Positions 40,189 to 53,773 of a stretch of DNA of 64,000 nucleotides are shown here, in pieces. Under the pieces are notes generated by a model. The model saw only the letters and a program-made list of their open reading frames with translations. It had not been told where the DNA came from and searched no databases. The stretch spans positions 2,336,001 to 2,400,000 of the forward strand of contig CAWBKB010000001.1 in NCBI GenBank assembly GCA_963789265.1. Direction: 5' to 3'. The number at the start of each line of letters is the position of its first letter. The stretch's first letter is position 1. Both the position numbers and the translations under genes were made by a program. The stretch is from an uncultured delta proteobacterium. GTDB taxonomy: Bacteria; Desulfobacterota; Desulfomonilia; Desulfomonilales; Desulfomonilaceae.

Positions 40189-41352
40189 CTATTGGGCTAG
40201 TTGCTCCTTGACCGAAAGGGCCACCTTGTACAGGATGGTGAGTATCAAGAAGCCCAAGGCCCACACACCCAGGGTTATCGACATTTCAGTCGGGGTCGGC
40301 ACATACTGAGTTATAGTGTTAAACGGCGAAGGGATGAAGCCCGTAAGGACCAGTGTGATGCCCTTCTCTATCCACAGAGAGACAAAGACGAACACGCATG
40401 CTATGGGCAAGACTTTTTCGCTGTTTCGAGTCCTGGGGTTGACCAGCAGAATCACAGAAAGCAGGCCCAACACCGCTGAAGTCCACATCCAGGGTGTGAG
40501 GTTCGAATGTCCGCGCAGGCCCCAGAAGAGGTAGTCGAAATTCTCCATGTGTTCGGGTATCCGGCTGTAGAATACCGTGAAGATTTCGCACAGGACGAAA
40601 AATACGCTGATGACCATCGCGTAAGTGACGATCTTTGACAGAGTCTGAATGGCTTCCCAACCCGCATCAAACTTGGTGTACTTTCGCAGAAAGACACATA
40701 TTAGAATTAGGAACGCTGGACCTGCGGCAAACGCGGAGCCAAGGAACCGCGGAGCCATAATAGCCGTGAGCCAGAATCCTCTCCCGGGCAGACCGGCATA
40801 GAGAAACGCCGTTACCGTGTGAATGCTGATAGCCCAAGGAATGGAGATATATATGAGTGGCTTCACCCATTTGGGAGGGGGTGCATCCCTCCGCTCGGCT
40901 CCCAGCACCGCCCAGCCGATCACGATGTTGAGAAAGAGATACCCGTTCAATACCAACAAGTCCCAAAATAGAACCGAATTAGGCGTGGGGTACAGCAGGA
41001 CGTTGAACGCTCTCCAGGGTTGCCCTAAATCAATGATGACGAACGAGACACACATGGTGACTGAAGCCACGGCCAGAAACTCCCCTAGAATGGTGATCTT
41101 GCCGAACACCTTGTAATTATGGAGATAATAAGGCAAGACCAACATAACGGCGGAGGCCGCTACGCCGACGAGAAACGTAAACTGGCCTATATAAAGACCC
41201 CATGAAATGTTTCGGCTCATCCCCGTGATGCCCAATCCGTAGCTCAACTGCCTGAGATAGTTAAGAAAACCTATTCCCAGGATGATCAGCAGAAGCAGTA
41301 CCCATAGTTTGTAGCTTCGACTTCCGGTTAACGCTTTTTCGAGCATGGCCAC
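40189..41352 (-). CDS. dsrP: DsrP, NrfD/PsrC-family membrane subunit
   Basis: WGLYIGQFTFLVGVAASAV, SIHTVTAF; operon position. Confidence 0.93.
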   Translation of the reverse strand: MAMLEKALTGSRSYKLWVLLLLIILGIGFLNYLRQLSYGLGITGMSRNISWGLYIGQFTFLVGVAASAVMLVLPYYLHNYKVFGKITILGEFLAVASVTMCVSFVIIDLGQPWRAFNVLLYPTPNSVLFWDLLVLNGYLFLNIVIGWAVLGAERRDAPPPKWVKPLIYISIPWAISIHTVTAFLYAGLPGRGFWLTAIMAPRFLGSAFAAGPAFLILICVFLRKYTKFDAGWEAIQTLSKIVTYAMVISVFFVLCEIFTVFYSRIPEHMENFDYLFWGLRGHSNLTPWMWTSAVLGLLSVILLVNPRTRNSEKVLPIACVFVFVSLWIEKGITLVLTGFIPSPFNTITQYVPTPTEMSITLGVWALGFLILTILYKVALSVKEQLAQ

Positions 41353-41353
41353 C

Positions 41354-42151
41354 TCACAATATGTAATAAACCGATGGTTGTGTTCCTAGTTGGGGTCTGC
41401 GCCGAATGGACGGATTCTTGCGAAGTAGTTCGCTGACTTCGGAGTTGGGATCCGCAAGATCACCGAAATTCAATGCCTTGTATTCCTTGCAAGCATCCAC
41501 GCAAGCCGGGATAAGGCCTTTAGCCAGCCTTTCATCGCAGAAGGTGCACTTTTCCACAACGCCGCGCATCCGCGTTGGATATTCGGGATTCAACTCAGTT
41601 TTGATAAAGGGACGCGGATCCCTCCAGTTCAAGTTCCGCGCGCCATAGGGACAAGCAGCCATGCAGTACCGGCATCCGATACACCTGTGGTAGTCCATCA
41701 TGACAACGCCGTCCGCACGCTTGAACGTGGCCTTGGTTGGGCATACACGTACGCAAGGAGGATTGTCGCAATGGTTGCAAAGGATGATGAAGGGAAGACC
41801 CTTCATGTTTTCCTTGACATATTCCCTCATGAATTCATTTTCGGCATCCGGAAAAGCATTATCAAATGGAGTCTGCCAGATCCATTTGACCTCGTGCTTG
41901 GGATCGGGCATAGTAGGGACATTGTGGGTGCGGTTGCAAGCATCCACACAGAGTCTGCAACCCTCTTTTGCCTTGAGGCACTTCTTTTGGTCCACCACCA
42001 TGCCCCATCTCTTACCCTTGAGGGCTTGAGGACCGATTACGTATTCCGGCTGCCCACCCTGGGCAACGGCATCGACCAGCGGCTTAGCCGCCAACCCCAA
42101 CACGGAGAGACCGGCGACCTGTAAGAATCGTCTTCTTGTGCTATCCATCAC
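41354..42151 (-). CDS. dsrO: DsrO, Tat-exported 4Fe-4S protein
   Basis: TRRRFL Tat motif; CNHCDNPPCVRVCP, CIGCRYCMAACP, KCTFC. Confidence 0.93.
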   Translation of the reverse strand: MMDSTRRRFLQVAGLSVLGLAAKPLVDAVAQGGQPEYVIGPQALKGKRWGMVVDQKKCLKAKEGCRLCVDACNRTHNVPTMPDPKHEVKWIWQTPFDNAFPDAENEFMREYVKENMKGLPFIILCNHCDNPPCVRVCPTKATFKRADGVVMMDYHRCIGCRYCMAACPYGARNLNWRDPRPFIKTELNPEYPTRMRGVVEKCTFCDERLAKGLIPACVDACKEYKALNFGDLADPNSEVSELLRKNPSIRRRPQLGTQPSVYYIL

Positions 42152-42542
42152 TTATTGCTCCTCCCGGCCTCTTTGGTCTCTTTAGGCGCGATATGGCAAT
42201 TCCAACAATCGGGGGATGCCCCCATATAGTTGTGGCATCGATCGCAAAACTCGGCCTTTTTAGTGTGGCACTTGGTACAAGTATTCTGAAGGCTGATGTC
42301 GTACTTTTTGCCGGTGGAACTGACATAGACTCGCTGGTTTTCCCGCACTGCATGGTCTCGCCAGGTGGCCAGCAACTGCATGTGAGAAGATTTCATGTAA
42401 GGCGTCGGCTCCACACACGCTTTCTCGGTCGTCCCAACCTCGAGCTTGGGAGGCACGGATGCTTTCCCCCTGTTGTACCAGAAAGCGGACGTGACCAGCA
42501 CAACAAAGATGATTAGCCCTATGGCGATTTTCACTCCGTTCA

Positions 42543-42546
<4 letters not shown>
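42148..42546 (-). CDS. dsrJ: DsrJ, triheme cytochrome c
   Basis: CTKCH, CDRCH, CWNCH; HMQLLATWRD. Confidence 0.93.
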
Positions 42547-44159
<1,613 letters not shown>

Positions 44160-44161
44160 GT

Positions 44162-45169
44162 TTACTCCTTATCCACCGGGATTCCGGCCTCTTTCATCTT
44201 TTCTCTGAAATCGTCCTCGTACTCTTCGTACGAATGTAGCTTTACAGGGTAGTTCCACGGATTGATGTATCTCTCGCTCCGGTTGTTATTTGCCATATTC
44301 CTCGTGGGGCTGAGAAAAACCCCCGCCGAGTGCATGATCTTGCTGAATGGGATGTAAGCGAGAAGGACGCTCACCAAGAAAACGTGAACGTAAAAAATCA
44401 CTCCGATGTTGGCAGGGGGAGCCGCAGGATGAAGCGTCACCAGACTCATGGTTAATTGTTTGACGCTCAGCAGATCCACCTTCCACACGTTACGCATGAG
44501 AAGGCCGGAGCCGGCGATTCCCAGGATGAGAAACAGCGGGAAGTAATCCGCGGGAAGCGAAATGTACCGCATGTCCGAAAGCGCCACCCTTCTCAGGAAA
44601 AGGTACGTCACAGCGGCGAGAAAAGCGACGTCGGAAATGAAGACGGTAGGTATGAGTAAATGGAAAAAGCCGTCAACTGAGGTGAGAAGGTCAACAAATT
44701 GTGGTACAGGTTCGATGAAGAACCGGAAGTGCCTCAAGACAATGATAAGGAATGAATAGTGGAACAGGATGCCGGCAAGCCACAACCACTTGGCTGACGC
44801 ATAGGTTAGACGGGGGCCCTCTCTCAATTCCGCCCTAGTGTTCCTGAACAGCGAGCGGAAGAGAAGCACTTCCAGCAACATCCGCCCGATCACGCCCCAT
44901 GTGTTGTAAGGGCTCTCAAGATTGTTTGCCTTTATCCAAGGAAGAGATCGGCCCTGTCCGCAGGTCGAGGGAATTCGAAAGGGAACCGGTATCCTTGCCC
45001 ATTGCACCACTCGCCAAATAAAGCCCAGGACAAATATGACGCCTGCGGCATAGGGGATGACGACCCCGAACAGAGTAGCCAGTCCCACCGTCCCCACTCC
45101 CAGCAGGGCGAGCAAAACCAGGACTATCACTGCGAATAGTGCTAAGAATAGGGAAGACCATGAATTCAT
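44162..45169 (-). CDS. dsrM: DsrM, NarI-like membrane cytochrome b
   Basis: PVPFRIPSTCGQ, FRSLFRN, PFSKIMH, SPTRN. Confidence 0.95.
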   Translation of the reverse strand: MNSWSSLFLALFAVIVLVLLALLGVGTVGLATLFGVVIPYAAGVIFVLGFIWRVVQWARIPVPFRIPSTCGQGRSLPWIKANNLESPYNTWGVIGRMLLEVLLFRSLFRNTRAELREGPRLTYASAKWLWLAGILFHYSFLIIVLRHFRFFIEPVPQFVDLLTSVDGFFHLLIPTVFISDVAFLAAVTYLFLRRVALSDMRYISLPADYFPLFLILGIAGSGLLMRNVWKVDLLSVKQLTMSLVTLHPAAPPANIGVIFYVHVFLVSVLLAYIPFSKIMHSAGVFLSPTRNMANNNRSERYINPWNYPVKLHSYEEYEDDFREKMKEAGIPVDKE

Positions 45170-45185
45170 CTGCCACCACCTCGAT

Positions 45186-45755
45186 TTATGTTACGCTATT
45201 CTTGCTGCCGTTTTCGGGAGCCTGCCAATCTTGCGGCATCCCGTATTTCTGACAGGCCCTTTCCAGTATTCTGGAGGTCCTGTTCCTGATCTCAGTAGCT
45301 TTGATCTCAAAAAGTTGTTCTCGGCAGTGCATATAAATGTTGAACGAGAGGAGAGCAAGTCGATCTATTCTCGATTCGATCTTCAATAATTGCCCAAATA
45401 ACAGATTTTCTCGAATTTCTTTGGCAACAGCCTCCCTAATAGCCGTCTTCAGAAGGAACACAAAGCCAACTGCATTGGCCGGGGAAAAATCCTGCACCGC
45501 CCTTATTCGGACAATCTTGTCCAAAGATGTGGCAAACTCGTGGGGTCCGGCGTCTCCGGATTTGAGCAGGCGCTCGTAAATCTCTTCCATCCCCTCGGAA
45601 ATAGACATACCAACAGGATTGGCGAATCGATCGTTCTGTCTTTTCAAGAACTTCCTTGAGTCAGCGGGATAAGTGTCGAGGGTAAGTTCAAACCATCTTC
45701 GCAAAATTACGGTTCGGTTCTTAGCCAGCAGATCTTCCAACATTTCCTGTTTCAT
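45186..45755 (-). CDS. dsrT: DsrT (RsbRD N-terminal domain protein)
   Basis: DRFANPVG, IRAVQDFSP; directly upstream of dsrM. Confidence 0.88.
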   Translation of the reverse strand: MKQEMLEDLLAKNRTVILRRWFELTLDTYPADSRKFLKRQNDRFANPVGMSISEGMEEIYERLLKSGDAGPHEFATSLDKIVRIRAVQDFSPANAVGFVFLLKTAIREAVAKEIRENLLFGQLLKIESRIDRLALLSFNIYMHCREQLFEIKATEIRNRTSRILERACQKYGMPQDWQAPENGSKNSVT

Positions 45756-46038
45756 GTTTCCTTAGTTTTTGCCGGGACGCTTGATTCCAAAAACATCCAC
45801 CGTCAGGGTCATCTTGGTGAGGCAACTAACGTCAGCGTCCCGCGAATTCTGCGGTGGACAATTTCTGTCAACTACCCAGTCGCGCGAGAAACGTCTTGGT
45901 CGAATCGGTTTCTACACTTGGATCGAGGGTACGCCCGTGGGCAACCCTTAACCGCTGGGACCGGCGACTGACAGTTTTTCTATGATTGGACGCCGACTGC
46001 TGGAGATTAGCAATCATGACGGCGAGTTCCGAAGCGGA

Positions 46039-46067
46039 AGTATACTGGCAGGCACCCAGGGTGTCAA
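46039..46067 (-). promoter_or_regulatory. Near-consensus sigma70 promoter for dsrTMKJOP
   Basis: TTGACA (46067-46062) - 17 bp - TATACT (46044-46039). Confidence 0.75.
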
Positions 46068-46102
46068 GACTTTTAGAAAAGTTTTTTGGAACGTATTCCG
46101 AG

Positions 46103-48913
46103 TTATATGACCGGCCGCACCGCTGAACCGATCAACAAGCCCACGGGAAAGGTCCTTAGCACGTCCCCCACAGCCAGTGAATCCCCTCCGTAAGCTATCT
46201 CGTCGGTAAGGGCATTCCTAAACATAGATGGCGAGCGGCCCGGTAAGATCACTCGGGTGTCTTCCCAGACTCGTGTGCCGAGAGGGAAATCGCCCTCCCC
46301 CACCACGGCGCACAAAAATCTTGGAGCTATCGTAATTGCCCAGGTTTCGTCGAACTTCCTCGCGAACGCAATCACGTTGCGCTCAAATCTTCCAATGGTC
46401 TTCAACGCGATGTAGTCCCCTTTCTCGAAGACCAGCGGAGCGTTCTTCCGGGTATTGAGTGCCCTATACACCAGAAAGAGCTTGATTCTACCGTCCCGAA
46501 CGTCAGAAAGAAGCTCGGAAACGAGTCCTGGCAGGTCTGTAGCGGCCTTATTGCAGATGTATTGCGATAACGCGATCCTGCGCTCAAAGTTGACCGGCCG
46601 GCGATTGTCAGGATCAACCAGGCTCAGATCCCAGAGTTCCGTTCCCTGGTAGAGGTCAGGGATGCCGGGAGAGGTAATCTTGATAAGTTCCTGCGAAAGG
46701 GAGTTTAACATCCCATAATGAGCGATCTTCCTTTGGAAGGGGAGGAAATCCTTCAGGAAAGCGTTTTCTTCCGAAGTGTCGAGAATATCTTCTAGGAAAG
46801 CCATGTAAGCAGATTCATAGGGAACATCCGGTTTTATCCATTCGGTGTGTACCTTGGCCTCTCGTACAGCTTTGGTTATGTATTGTTTGATTCTCTCTAC
46901 GAATTCAGCATACTCGGCCTCTACAAAGGGAAAGGCGCCGATCAAGGTCTGGTAGAGAAAGTATTCGTCATTCTTGTCGGGAACATACATGTCACGGACC
47001 CGACTCTTCTTGGATTTGTTGAGCCTACTCCAGTTCCGAACATTGCTTTCCCATTCCCGAGGAATCTCAGAGAGCACGTTTATTCTAGCTCTAACATCTT
47101 CACCTCGCTTGGTATCGTGGGTGGAGGTAGTGTTGAATGAGTGCGGCCACTGTTTTTGCCTCTTCCTGTTGAAGCTGTGGAATTCCTTCACTAAACACCC
47201 AAACCGATCAGGTCTCCCACCCACTTCATTTAGTGAAATCAGTTTGTTGTAGACATATGATGCGGTATCTTCCAATCCCTTTGCCATAAGCGGCCCTGTG
47301 AACTGTTGAAACCTCATGGCAAATCTCAACCATTCGTCCTTCTCTGCTTCATCCAAATACTCAGGGAAATTCAGTAACAGAAAACGCCTGAGGAACTTGA
47401 ATTCATGTACCAGTGCAGGGTTACCGGCTGTCGCTCTAGCCACGGCTTCTTCAATATACTTCCGGTCATTTCCGGAAACCACACGGTCGTTAATGTAGGT
47501 GCGGTAAACCGGGAATGCTGCCAGCACTTCAACGATAGCCCTGCGCAGCCCAAACATTGTTAGATCGCTACCGTGCCGATCACGGCTGGAGATAGTCTTT
47601 GCCTCTTGTGCCAGGTTGATAACATCTCCACCCATGTGCTCGACAATGATCAGTCTCTTCTTGTCTCGGAGCAACTCTGCAAAACCGGCTGTGGAGCCAA
47701 TTAGTTTGAAATAGATAGAGTTAAGTATTCTGTCGTTTCGCGTGTCACAGAATAATCCGTTGGCATAATTCAAGAAATCGTAGCCGGTTGTCCCCTCAAC
47801 AGGCCATGAATCACACAATTCCTCCTCTGAACCGAGGATCTTCTCTACGACGAGGAAAGTGTCCGGCGCCTTGTCTCTTAGCCGCTGTAAATATCTGCCC
47901 GGATCGTACAGACCGTCCACATGGTCGATTCTCAAACCATCGACGGTTCCCTCTTGAACCAGTCTCAGAATAAACTCATGCGTCTGGTCCAAAACTGCCT
48001 CGTCTTCGATTCGTAATGATATTAGTCCGTTGATATTAAAGAATCTGCGGTAGTTTATCTCTTTGGTTGCGACCTTCCAGTACGAAAGGCGGAAAACCTG
48101 GCTGGAGAGCAGTTCATCGAGAAAGCTGAAACTCTCGGACTTTCCGGTAACTCCGTTGATAATTCGTATGTTTTCATCGAACACTTCGTTAACGTCATGA
48201 TTTCGTGAATATATGTCCCACAGCATCCGCTTGATGAATCTTATCTCAACGTAGCGATCAACGGTATCTTCCTGAGAAGCCAAGGTTTTTAGGATGTAAA
48301 GAACCCCCAGAAGCTTTATGAAGTCGGGATGTTCTTCTCCCAGCCTGTTTCTGAGAGACGCCAAAGTCCTGGAGAATACATTGTGATACGTCTGTATTCT
48401 CACAGGAAAAGCCCTGTCGTAGTAACGAACAATCAAACCTTCTTCGCCGTATTCGAGCCTTATCTCCGCGTCTTCGAGAGCCTCCCCGTAAAAGCGTCCA
48501 AGAAAAGGGGCAAGAACCCGACCCTTGAGGTTTTCATAGTCGTGCTCCCAATCGATGTCGAAGAATTGGAAGTACTTGGAGCCCTGACCGCTCTCCAAGA
48601 CATCCATGAGGAGCTTATTGTCAAAAGCAAAGGCCATGTGGTTGGGAACCACGTCTTGAATCCACCCGAGGCCGTTCCTTTTGACTTCGTCGGTCAGGTC
48701 AGAGAAATCGTCCTCAGTCCCCAGTTCGGGATTAAGTTGACTGGGATCGACAATATCGTACCCGTGAGGGCTCCCTTTCCTGGCTTTGAAGACAGGCGAT
48801 GCGTAGATGTCCGATATGCCGAGATCCGCCAGATAAGGTAGAATTCTTCTCAGCGACTGGAAGCCGAAGGCAGGATTGAACTGAATTCGGTAGGTGGCCA
48901 TTGGAATGTGCAT
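46103..48913 (-). CDS. treY: Malto-oligosyltrehalose synthase
   Basis: ATYRIQF, HGYD, DVVPNHM, RIDHVDG, STHDTKRGED, VDPDNRRPV. Confidence 0.95.
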   Translation of the reverse strand: MHIPMATYRIQFNPAFGFQSLRRILPYLADLGISDIYASPVFKARKGSPHGYDIVDPSQLNPELGTEDDFSDLTDEVKRNGLGWIQDVVPNHMAFAFDNKLLMDVLESGQGSKYFQFFDIDWEHDYENLKGRVLAPFLGRFYGEALEDAEIRLEYGEEGLIVRYYDRAFPVRIQTYHNVFSRTLASLRNRLGEEHPDFIKLLGVLYILKTLASQEDTVDRYVEIRFIKRMLWDIYSRNHDVNEVFDENIRIINGVTGKSESFSFLDELLSSQVFRLSYWKVATKEINYRRFFNINGLISLRIEDEAVLDQTHEFILRLVQEGTVDGLRIDHVDGLYDPGRYLQRLRDKAPDTFLVVEKILGSEEELCDSWPVEGTTGYDFLNYANGLFCDTRNDRILNSIYFKLIGSTAGFAELLRDKKRLIIVEHMGGDVINLAQEAKTISSRDRHGSDLTMFGLRRAIVEVLAAFPVYRTYINDRVVSGNDRKYIEEAVARATAGNPALVHEFKFLRRFLLLNFPEYLDEAEKDEWLRFAMRFQQFTGPLMAKGLEDTASYVYNKLISLNEVGGRPDRFGCLVKEFHSFNRKRQKQWPHSFNTTSTHDTKRGEDVRARINVLSEIPREWESNVRNWSRLNKSKKSRVRDMYVPDKNDEYFLYQTLIGAFPFVEAEYAEFVERIKQYITKAVREAKVHTEWIKPDVPYESAYMAFLEDILDTSEENAFLKDFLPFQRKIAHYGMLNSLSQELIKITSPGIPDLYQGTELWDLSLVDPDNRRPVNFERRIALSQYICNKAATDLPGLVSELLSDVRDGRIKLFLVYRALNTRKNAPLVFEKGDYIALKTIGRFERNVIAFARKFDETWAITIAPRFLCAVVGEGDFPLGTRVWEDTRVILPGRSPSMFRNALTDEIAYGGDSLAVGDVLRTFPVGLLIGSAVRPVI

Positions 48914-49045
48914 CGGTATGGTGACCTTGTTATGCCTTGGTGCCCAATTTCTTCAATTCGGTAACGTATTCTCGTGTGCCCAATGCGTAAAGTAGGGCCG
49001 GCCTCCCCGCGGGACGCGGGGTCGCTCAAGATTCGCGGTTAGAGA

Positions 49046-49195
49046 GAAAGTGTCTCAAAACTATGTTGATGCCCAGCATCGTGGCACGATTAAGCCTAGT
49101 CAGCATTTTCGGTGCCCTCGCCCTTTGGGAGAGGGTCAGGGTGAGGGAATTTCGTGTTACGATTGCGTCCAGTTCAAGAATTTTGAGACAGTTTC
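49046..49195. mobile_element. MITE family B, shorter inverted copy
   Basis: GAAAGTGTCTCAAAAC ... TTTTGAGACAGTTTC; both arms match the reverse complement of 12204-12413. Confidence 0.75.
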
Positions 49196-49284
49196 GGGAC
49201 GCCGGCGCTACATTACAAGTGATACCGTACTTCAGGAAATGGACACCTAGCGGATGTCGATCGTCAAATCACGGGCTTACCGAC

Positions 49285-51712
49285 TCATGGAACCACCATC
49301 CTCAGATTTTCCGCCAGAGATTCGAAAAGCTCCATCGATCCCGCTGCGCCCGGATCACCTTCGCCCGCTCTTTGCCGCAACTCCCCGCAGACGGCCTCCA
49401 TGACCTTGTAACAAATGTTTTGCACTTGCCTGAGGTTGACTTGAAAAGGCAATGAAGTAGCCAGCTTGGCCGCAGTATCCAGGGCGCGGAGAATCGTCGT
49501 GTCAGCAGGGGCATTCATCAGTTGGCCGCTCAGGGCCTCCATGTTCTTCCTCAGCGCAAACTCTAGGGTATCTGAGTCCAAAGATATGCCGGAAAGACCT
49601 GCCTCGTCCAGAAGGGGCTGTATGACCTGAAGATCGAGTGGTAACTCTCCGAACGCTCGGCTGAGCCTGACAGTCAACACATATTCTGCCGCGGTACGCA
49701 GCGGCACGGGGATGGGGACCCCAGAATCTCCCAGGAAACGTATCAGAGGGGCGTGGTGCTCGTAGATCTGCCCGTATCCGGCCTCGGCTTCGGCCAGCGT
49801 AGGCTCCATGATAAGGCTCAAGACCCGCCGTTGTTCGTCTCGAAAAAGTGACCTCAGCGAGTAAGACGATATTCCGAAATGGTGATCCATTAGCCGAATT
49901 ATCTCAGAAAATTCGAGCGCGGTCGAAGACCTCACTGAGGTCTGTCGCAAGCGCCTCGAATTTTTCTTCACCCTGATATTCTGTTATTCCGCAGTTTATA
50001 TTGTGGTCTCCCAGATGCAGAACTCCAAAGACAAGCGTTGAGGATTCCAGAGTTATTCTTGATGTCAGAGTGGAGCGTCCCACCGCGAGCTTGGCGCGGC
50101 CTGCTTGGGAACTCTGATAGGCTTCTCGGGTAGCAGAATACGAATATATGGAACTCTCCTCCTCGTATTCCTCGAACAGGGAACTTACTGCGTAGTGACC
50201 TCCCACCTTTGTCAAATCCAGAATGGAAGGTCTGATCCACTTTTCGAAAATCACTCGTCCGTCTTGGTGCTCTGGAATATTGCTCTTGGCCTTTTCGAGC
50301 AGATTCAGGAACTCCCGCTCCAATTCCCCGCCCATGAGTTCGTTGGCCAATTGTAGCGCCCTGCCCGCGTATTCAATCACTTGTACGGTTTCGATGCCGG
50401 AGAGCTCGTCGAAGAACCATCCGCAACTGGTGTACATGAGCATTGTGTGGCGCTGGAGTTCCAGAAGCTCAAGAACCTTTGTTTTGTCAGCCTGAGTGAG
50501 ATATCGAGTAACATGCTGAGCTAAAAACCTTTCCACATTTTCTGGCGACCGATCTAGAATCACTTCTATGTAGTCGTTTCGCGCCTCCCACGGCTTTTTC
50601 AGCAGACTCCCGGCTATTTCGTGATAAGCCGGCGCTATGGAGTCTCTTAGCCAGTCGAACGCTTCCCTGAGAGGGGCCCGCCAGGCTTGATTCCATTCCG
50701 GGCGCCCTCCGGAGTTGCATCCACAGTTTGCGCGCCAACGCTCAACTCCGTGGACACAGCTCCAAGAGCTATTGTTGAAGATTTCCACTTCATGAGTGGG
50801 CGGGTGCTTCTCAAGATACTCACCATAATTAGTGAGTTCAGCCAGGTTGTTCGCCTCGATGTAATCGAGAGCGTAGGCCAGGGCCATATCCCCGAATCTG
50901 TGGTGGTGACCGTAGCTCTCGCCGTCAGTGGCCACCTGCACAATTTGATGTCGAGCGGCCCCTCCGGAAAAGGCTCCCACGAGCCTCTTGGCGAAGGCTT
51001 CACCATTGTTTAGGAGCCCTCCGAACGCCACTGCGTGCGAGATGGCACCATCATAAAAGAAAACGCAAATGGACCGGCCGGAAGGAAGCGATATTTGGTA
51101 AGGCATAGTCGGGTCAATAGTTCCTCGGCTGACGTCGCGCCACCGTTTTTCCCCAAACCGCCGAACCCTATTCGCTTGCGTCTGTGTCAGAACGATGAAC
51201 CGAATGCCACATTCGGCCATTATATCTAGGCTTTCCAGATCCACTGCTGTTTCCGGCAGCCACATTCCCTCAGGGTCACGTGAGAATCGCTTTTGAAAAT
51301 CCTTTATGCCCCAGAGCACCTGCGTATACTTATCGGAGCGATTGGCCAGAGGAAGAATTATATGATTGTAAGCTTGAGCCATAGCGGATCCATGGCCAGA
51401 AAACGTCCTCTGACTTTCTTGATCGGCCTCCAGAATCGCCTGGTACACGTCGCCTGCGTTTTCTTCCAGCCAGACCAGCAAAGTGGGACCGAAATCGAAG
51501 CTCATTCGGGAATAATTGTTTACAAGCCGGCTGATTCGACCTTCACCATCCATTATGCGAGAGGCCGCGTTTGGGCCGTAGCACTCGGAACATATCCTCT
51601 CATTCCAGTCATGGTAAGGATAGGCGGAATCCTGAAGTTCAATTGCCTCCAGCCACGGGTTCTCCCTTGGAGGCTGATAGAAATGACCGTGAATACAAAC
51701 ATACCGTTTCAT
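49285..51712 (-). CDS. GH57 / DUF3536 glycoside hydrolase, +1 frameshift near 49915
   Basis: HGHFYQPPRENPW, WLPETAV, TDGESYGHH, MYTSCGWFF; FDRA joins EFSEIIRLMD. Confidence 0.88.
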
Positions 51713-51716
51713 AGAC

Positions 51717-53568
51717 TCAAATTTCCCCTAGGCCGGTGAAAAGCACAAAGGAATGAGGTGATAGCGTTAGAGAAATCTCCCCATCCGAGGACACCGTTTG
51801 GGGAATAGTACCTGCCGGGGCCTGCCCATGCCTCTGCCGCGGAATCCAAGCGCTTGGTCCACCTGCCGGAAGGTAGTGGAACCGAGACAGAAGTCGAGGA
51901 ATCACCGAAATGAAAGACCGAGGCAGCATGCCCATCAGCGGACCGCCACCGCAGATACACTGCTTTGTGTCGCTCGAATCCGATGGCATCCACTCTGTCG
52001 TCCCCGGTCATCTCAGCCACGCAGTTTAAATTCTCACGGAGGTCCAGCAGTTGCCGGTAGAATTCGAGGAGCACGCGATGCTTCCCTTGGCTGCGCAACT
52101 CGTGATTCAGTTTAGCCTTCAGAAAGACCGTCTCGTCCTGGGGGTCGAGCGGCTCTCCTTCCCAGCTAAATGCAGCAAATTCCTGTCGTCGTCCTTCTCG
52201 GGTAGTCTCGATAAGATAAGGATCCGAATGGCTGATGAAATAGGGAAAGGGAGAAGTCTCGCCATACTCTTCGCCCATAAAAAGGAGCGGAATGTAAGGG
52301 GAAAGTATTGCAACGCCGGCTGCCAACTTGATCGCCTCGAAAGGAAGCAGAGCGCTGAGTCTATCCCCCAGCATTCGATTGCCTACCTGGTCGTGATTTT
52401 GAGCGAACACCACAAACCGATGAGCCGATATGTCTCGTGAATCGTTTCCGTGCCTGCGTTTGCGATAGCGCGAATACTCGCCCGAATAGACGAAGCCGTC
52501 TCGAAAAGCCTTGGCAAGGTGTCGACACAAACCGAAATCTTCGTAGTAACCTGTTCGTTCATTGGTCAGCAGCGTATGCAGCGCGTGATGGAAATCGTCG
52601 TTCCATTGCGCGTCCAAGCCATAACCTCCGAGTTCCCGCGAACGAACCAGACGCGAGTCGTTAAGATCGCTTTCGGCAATTAAATAGGTCCGGCGATTAA
52701 AACGTTCGGTATGCTCGCGGACGGTCACGGCAAGTTCCTCAAGGAATGGGCGGGAGGAAAAATCAAAAATGCCGTGGACTGCATCGATTCTTAGAGCGTC
52801 CATCCGGAATTCAGTAAGCCAATAAAGGGCATTTTCAATGAAGAATCTGCGTACATGGTCACTATGCGGCCCGTCAAAGTTTACGGCAGGCCCCCACGGC
52901 GTCCGATAACGGTCGGTGAAATAGGGACCGAAATCTGCGAGATAATTCCCTTCCGGCCCAAGATGATTGTATACGACGTCCAGTACCACGGCTAAGCCAC
53001 GCTGATGACAGTTGTCCACCAACCGCTTCAATGCATGGGGTCCGCCGTAAGAAGCCTGAACCGCATACGGATAAACCCCGTCATAACCCCAGTTACGGCT
53101 TCCCGGGAATTGTGCGACAGGCATGAGTTCCAGTGCTCTGATTCCAAGGTCTTTCAGCGCATCCAGGTGTGGGATAATCGCGTCGAAGGTCCCCTCCGGT
53201 GTGTAAACACCCACGTGCAATTCGTAGAGGACGTAATCTTTCAAACGCAGACCCGGCCAGTGGGACGCACCCCAGGTAAAATTCGGATCGATCACTTGGG
53301 ACGGTCCATGCACCCCATCAGGTTGAAACCGAGACGTCGGATCGGGGCGTTCCTTCTCGCCGTCAAGACGGAATCGGTACAGGGCACCAGGTTCCAAATC
53401 ATTCACGATCGCCTCGTAGTAGCCCCAGGCATCCGGGCTCATGGGCACGATTTGTTCGTTAGGAGACAGGACATGAACTTCGACTTTGCCGGCAAACGGC
53501 GCCCACACCCGGAACCGGCACCGTCCTATCCCCAAGTAGGAGGCCCCCAGGCCAGTGTAGTTATTCAA
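51717..53568 (-). CDS. treZ: Malto-oligosyltrehalose trehalohydrolase, +1 frameshift near 51812
   Basis: FRVWAP, YELHVG, NWGYDG, RIDAVH, QNHDQVGNR; WAGPG joins STIPQ; TTG start inferred. Confidence 0.92.
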
Positions 53569-53773
53569 TTTCCTTCCCCAATAAGTTGACAAGGAGGCAT
53601 CTGCCGCGAAAACCCTCCATAAAGTTAAGACGCGCAGGCGTCTAAACAGCCCCGAGGAACGGTGTGTTTCCCCCTTTTCTTGCCGGGGGGCAGGAGGAAT
53701 TCTTCCATAAGGACGACCCGCGGCAGCCAAGAGCCAATGCCATCCACTCTTGCAATCCGATCGAAAATCCCTC

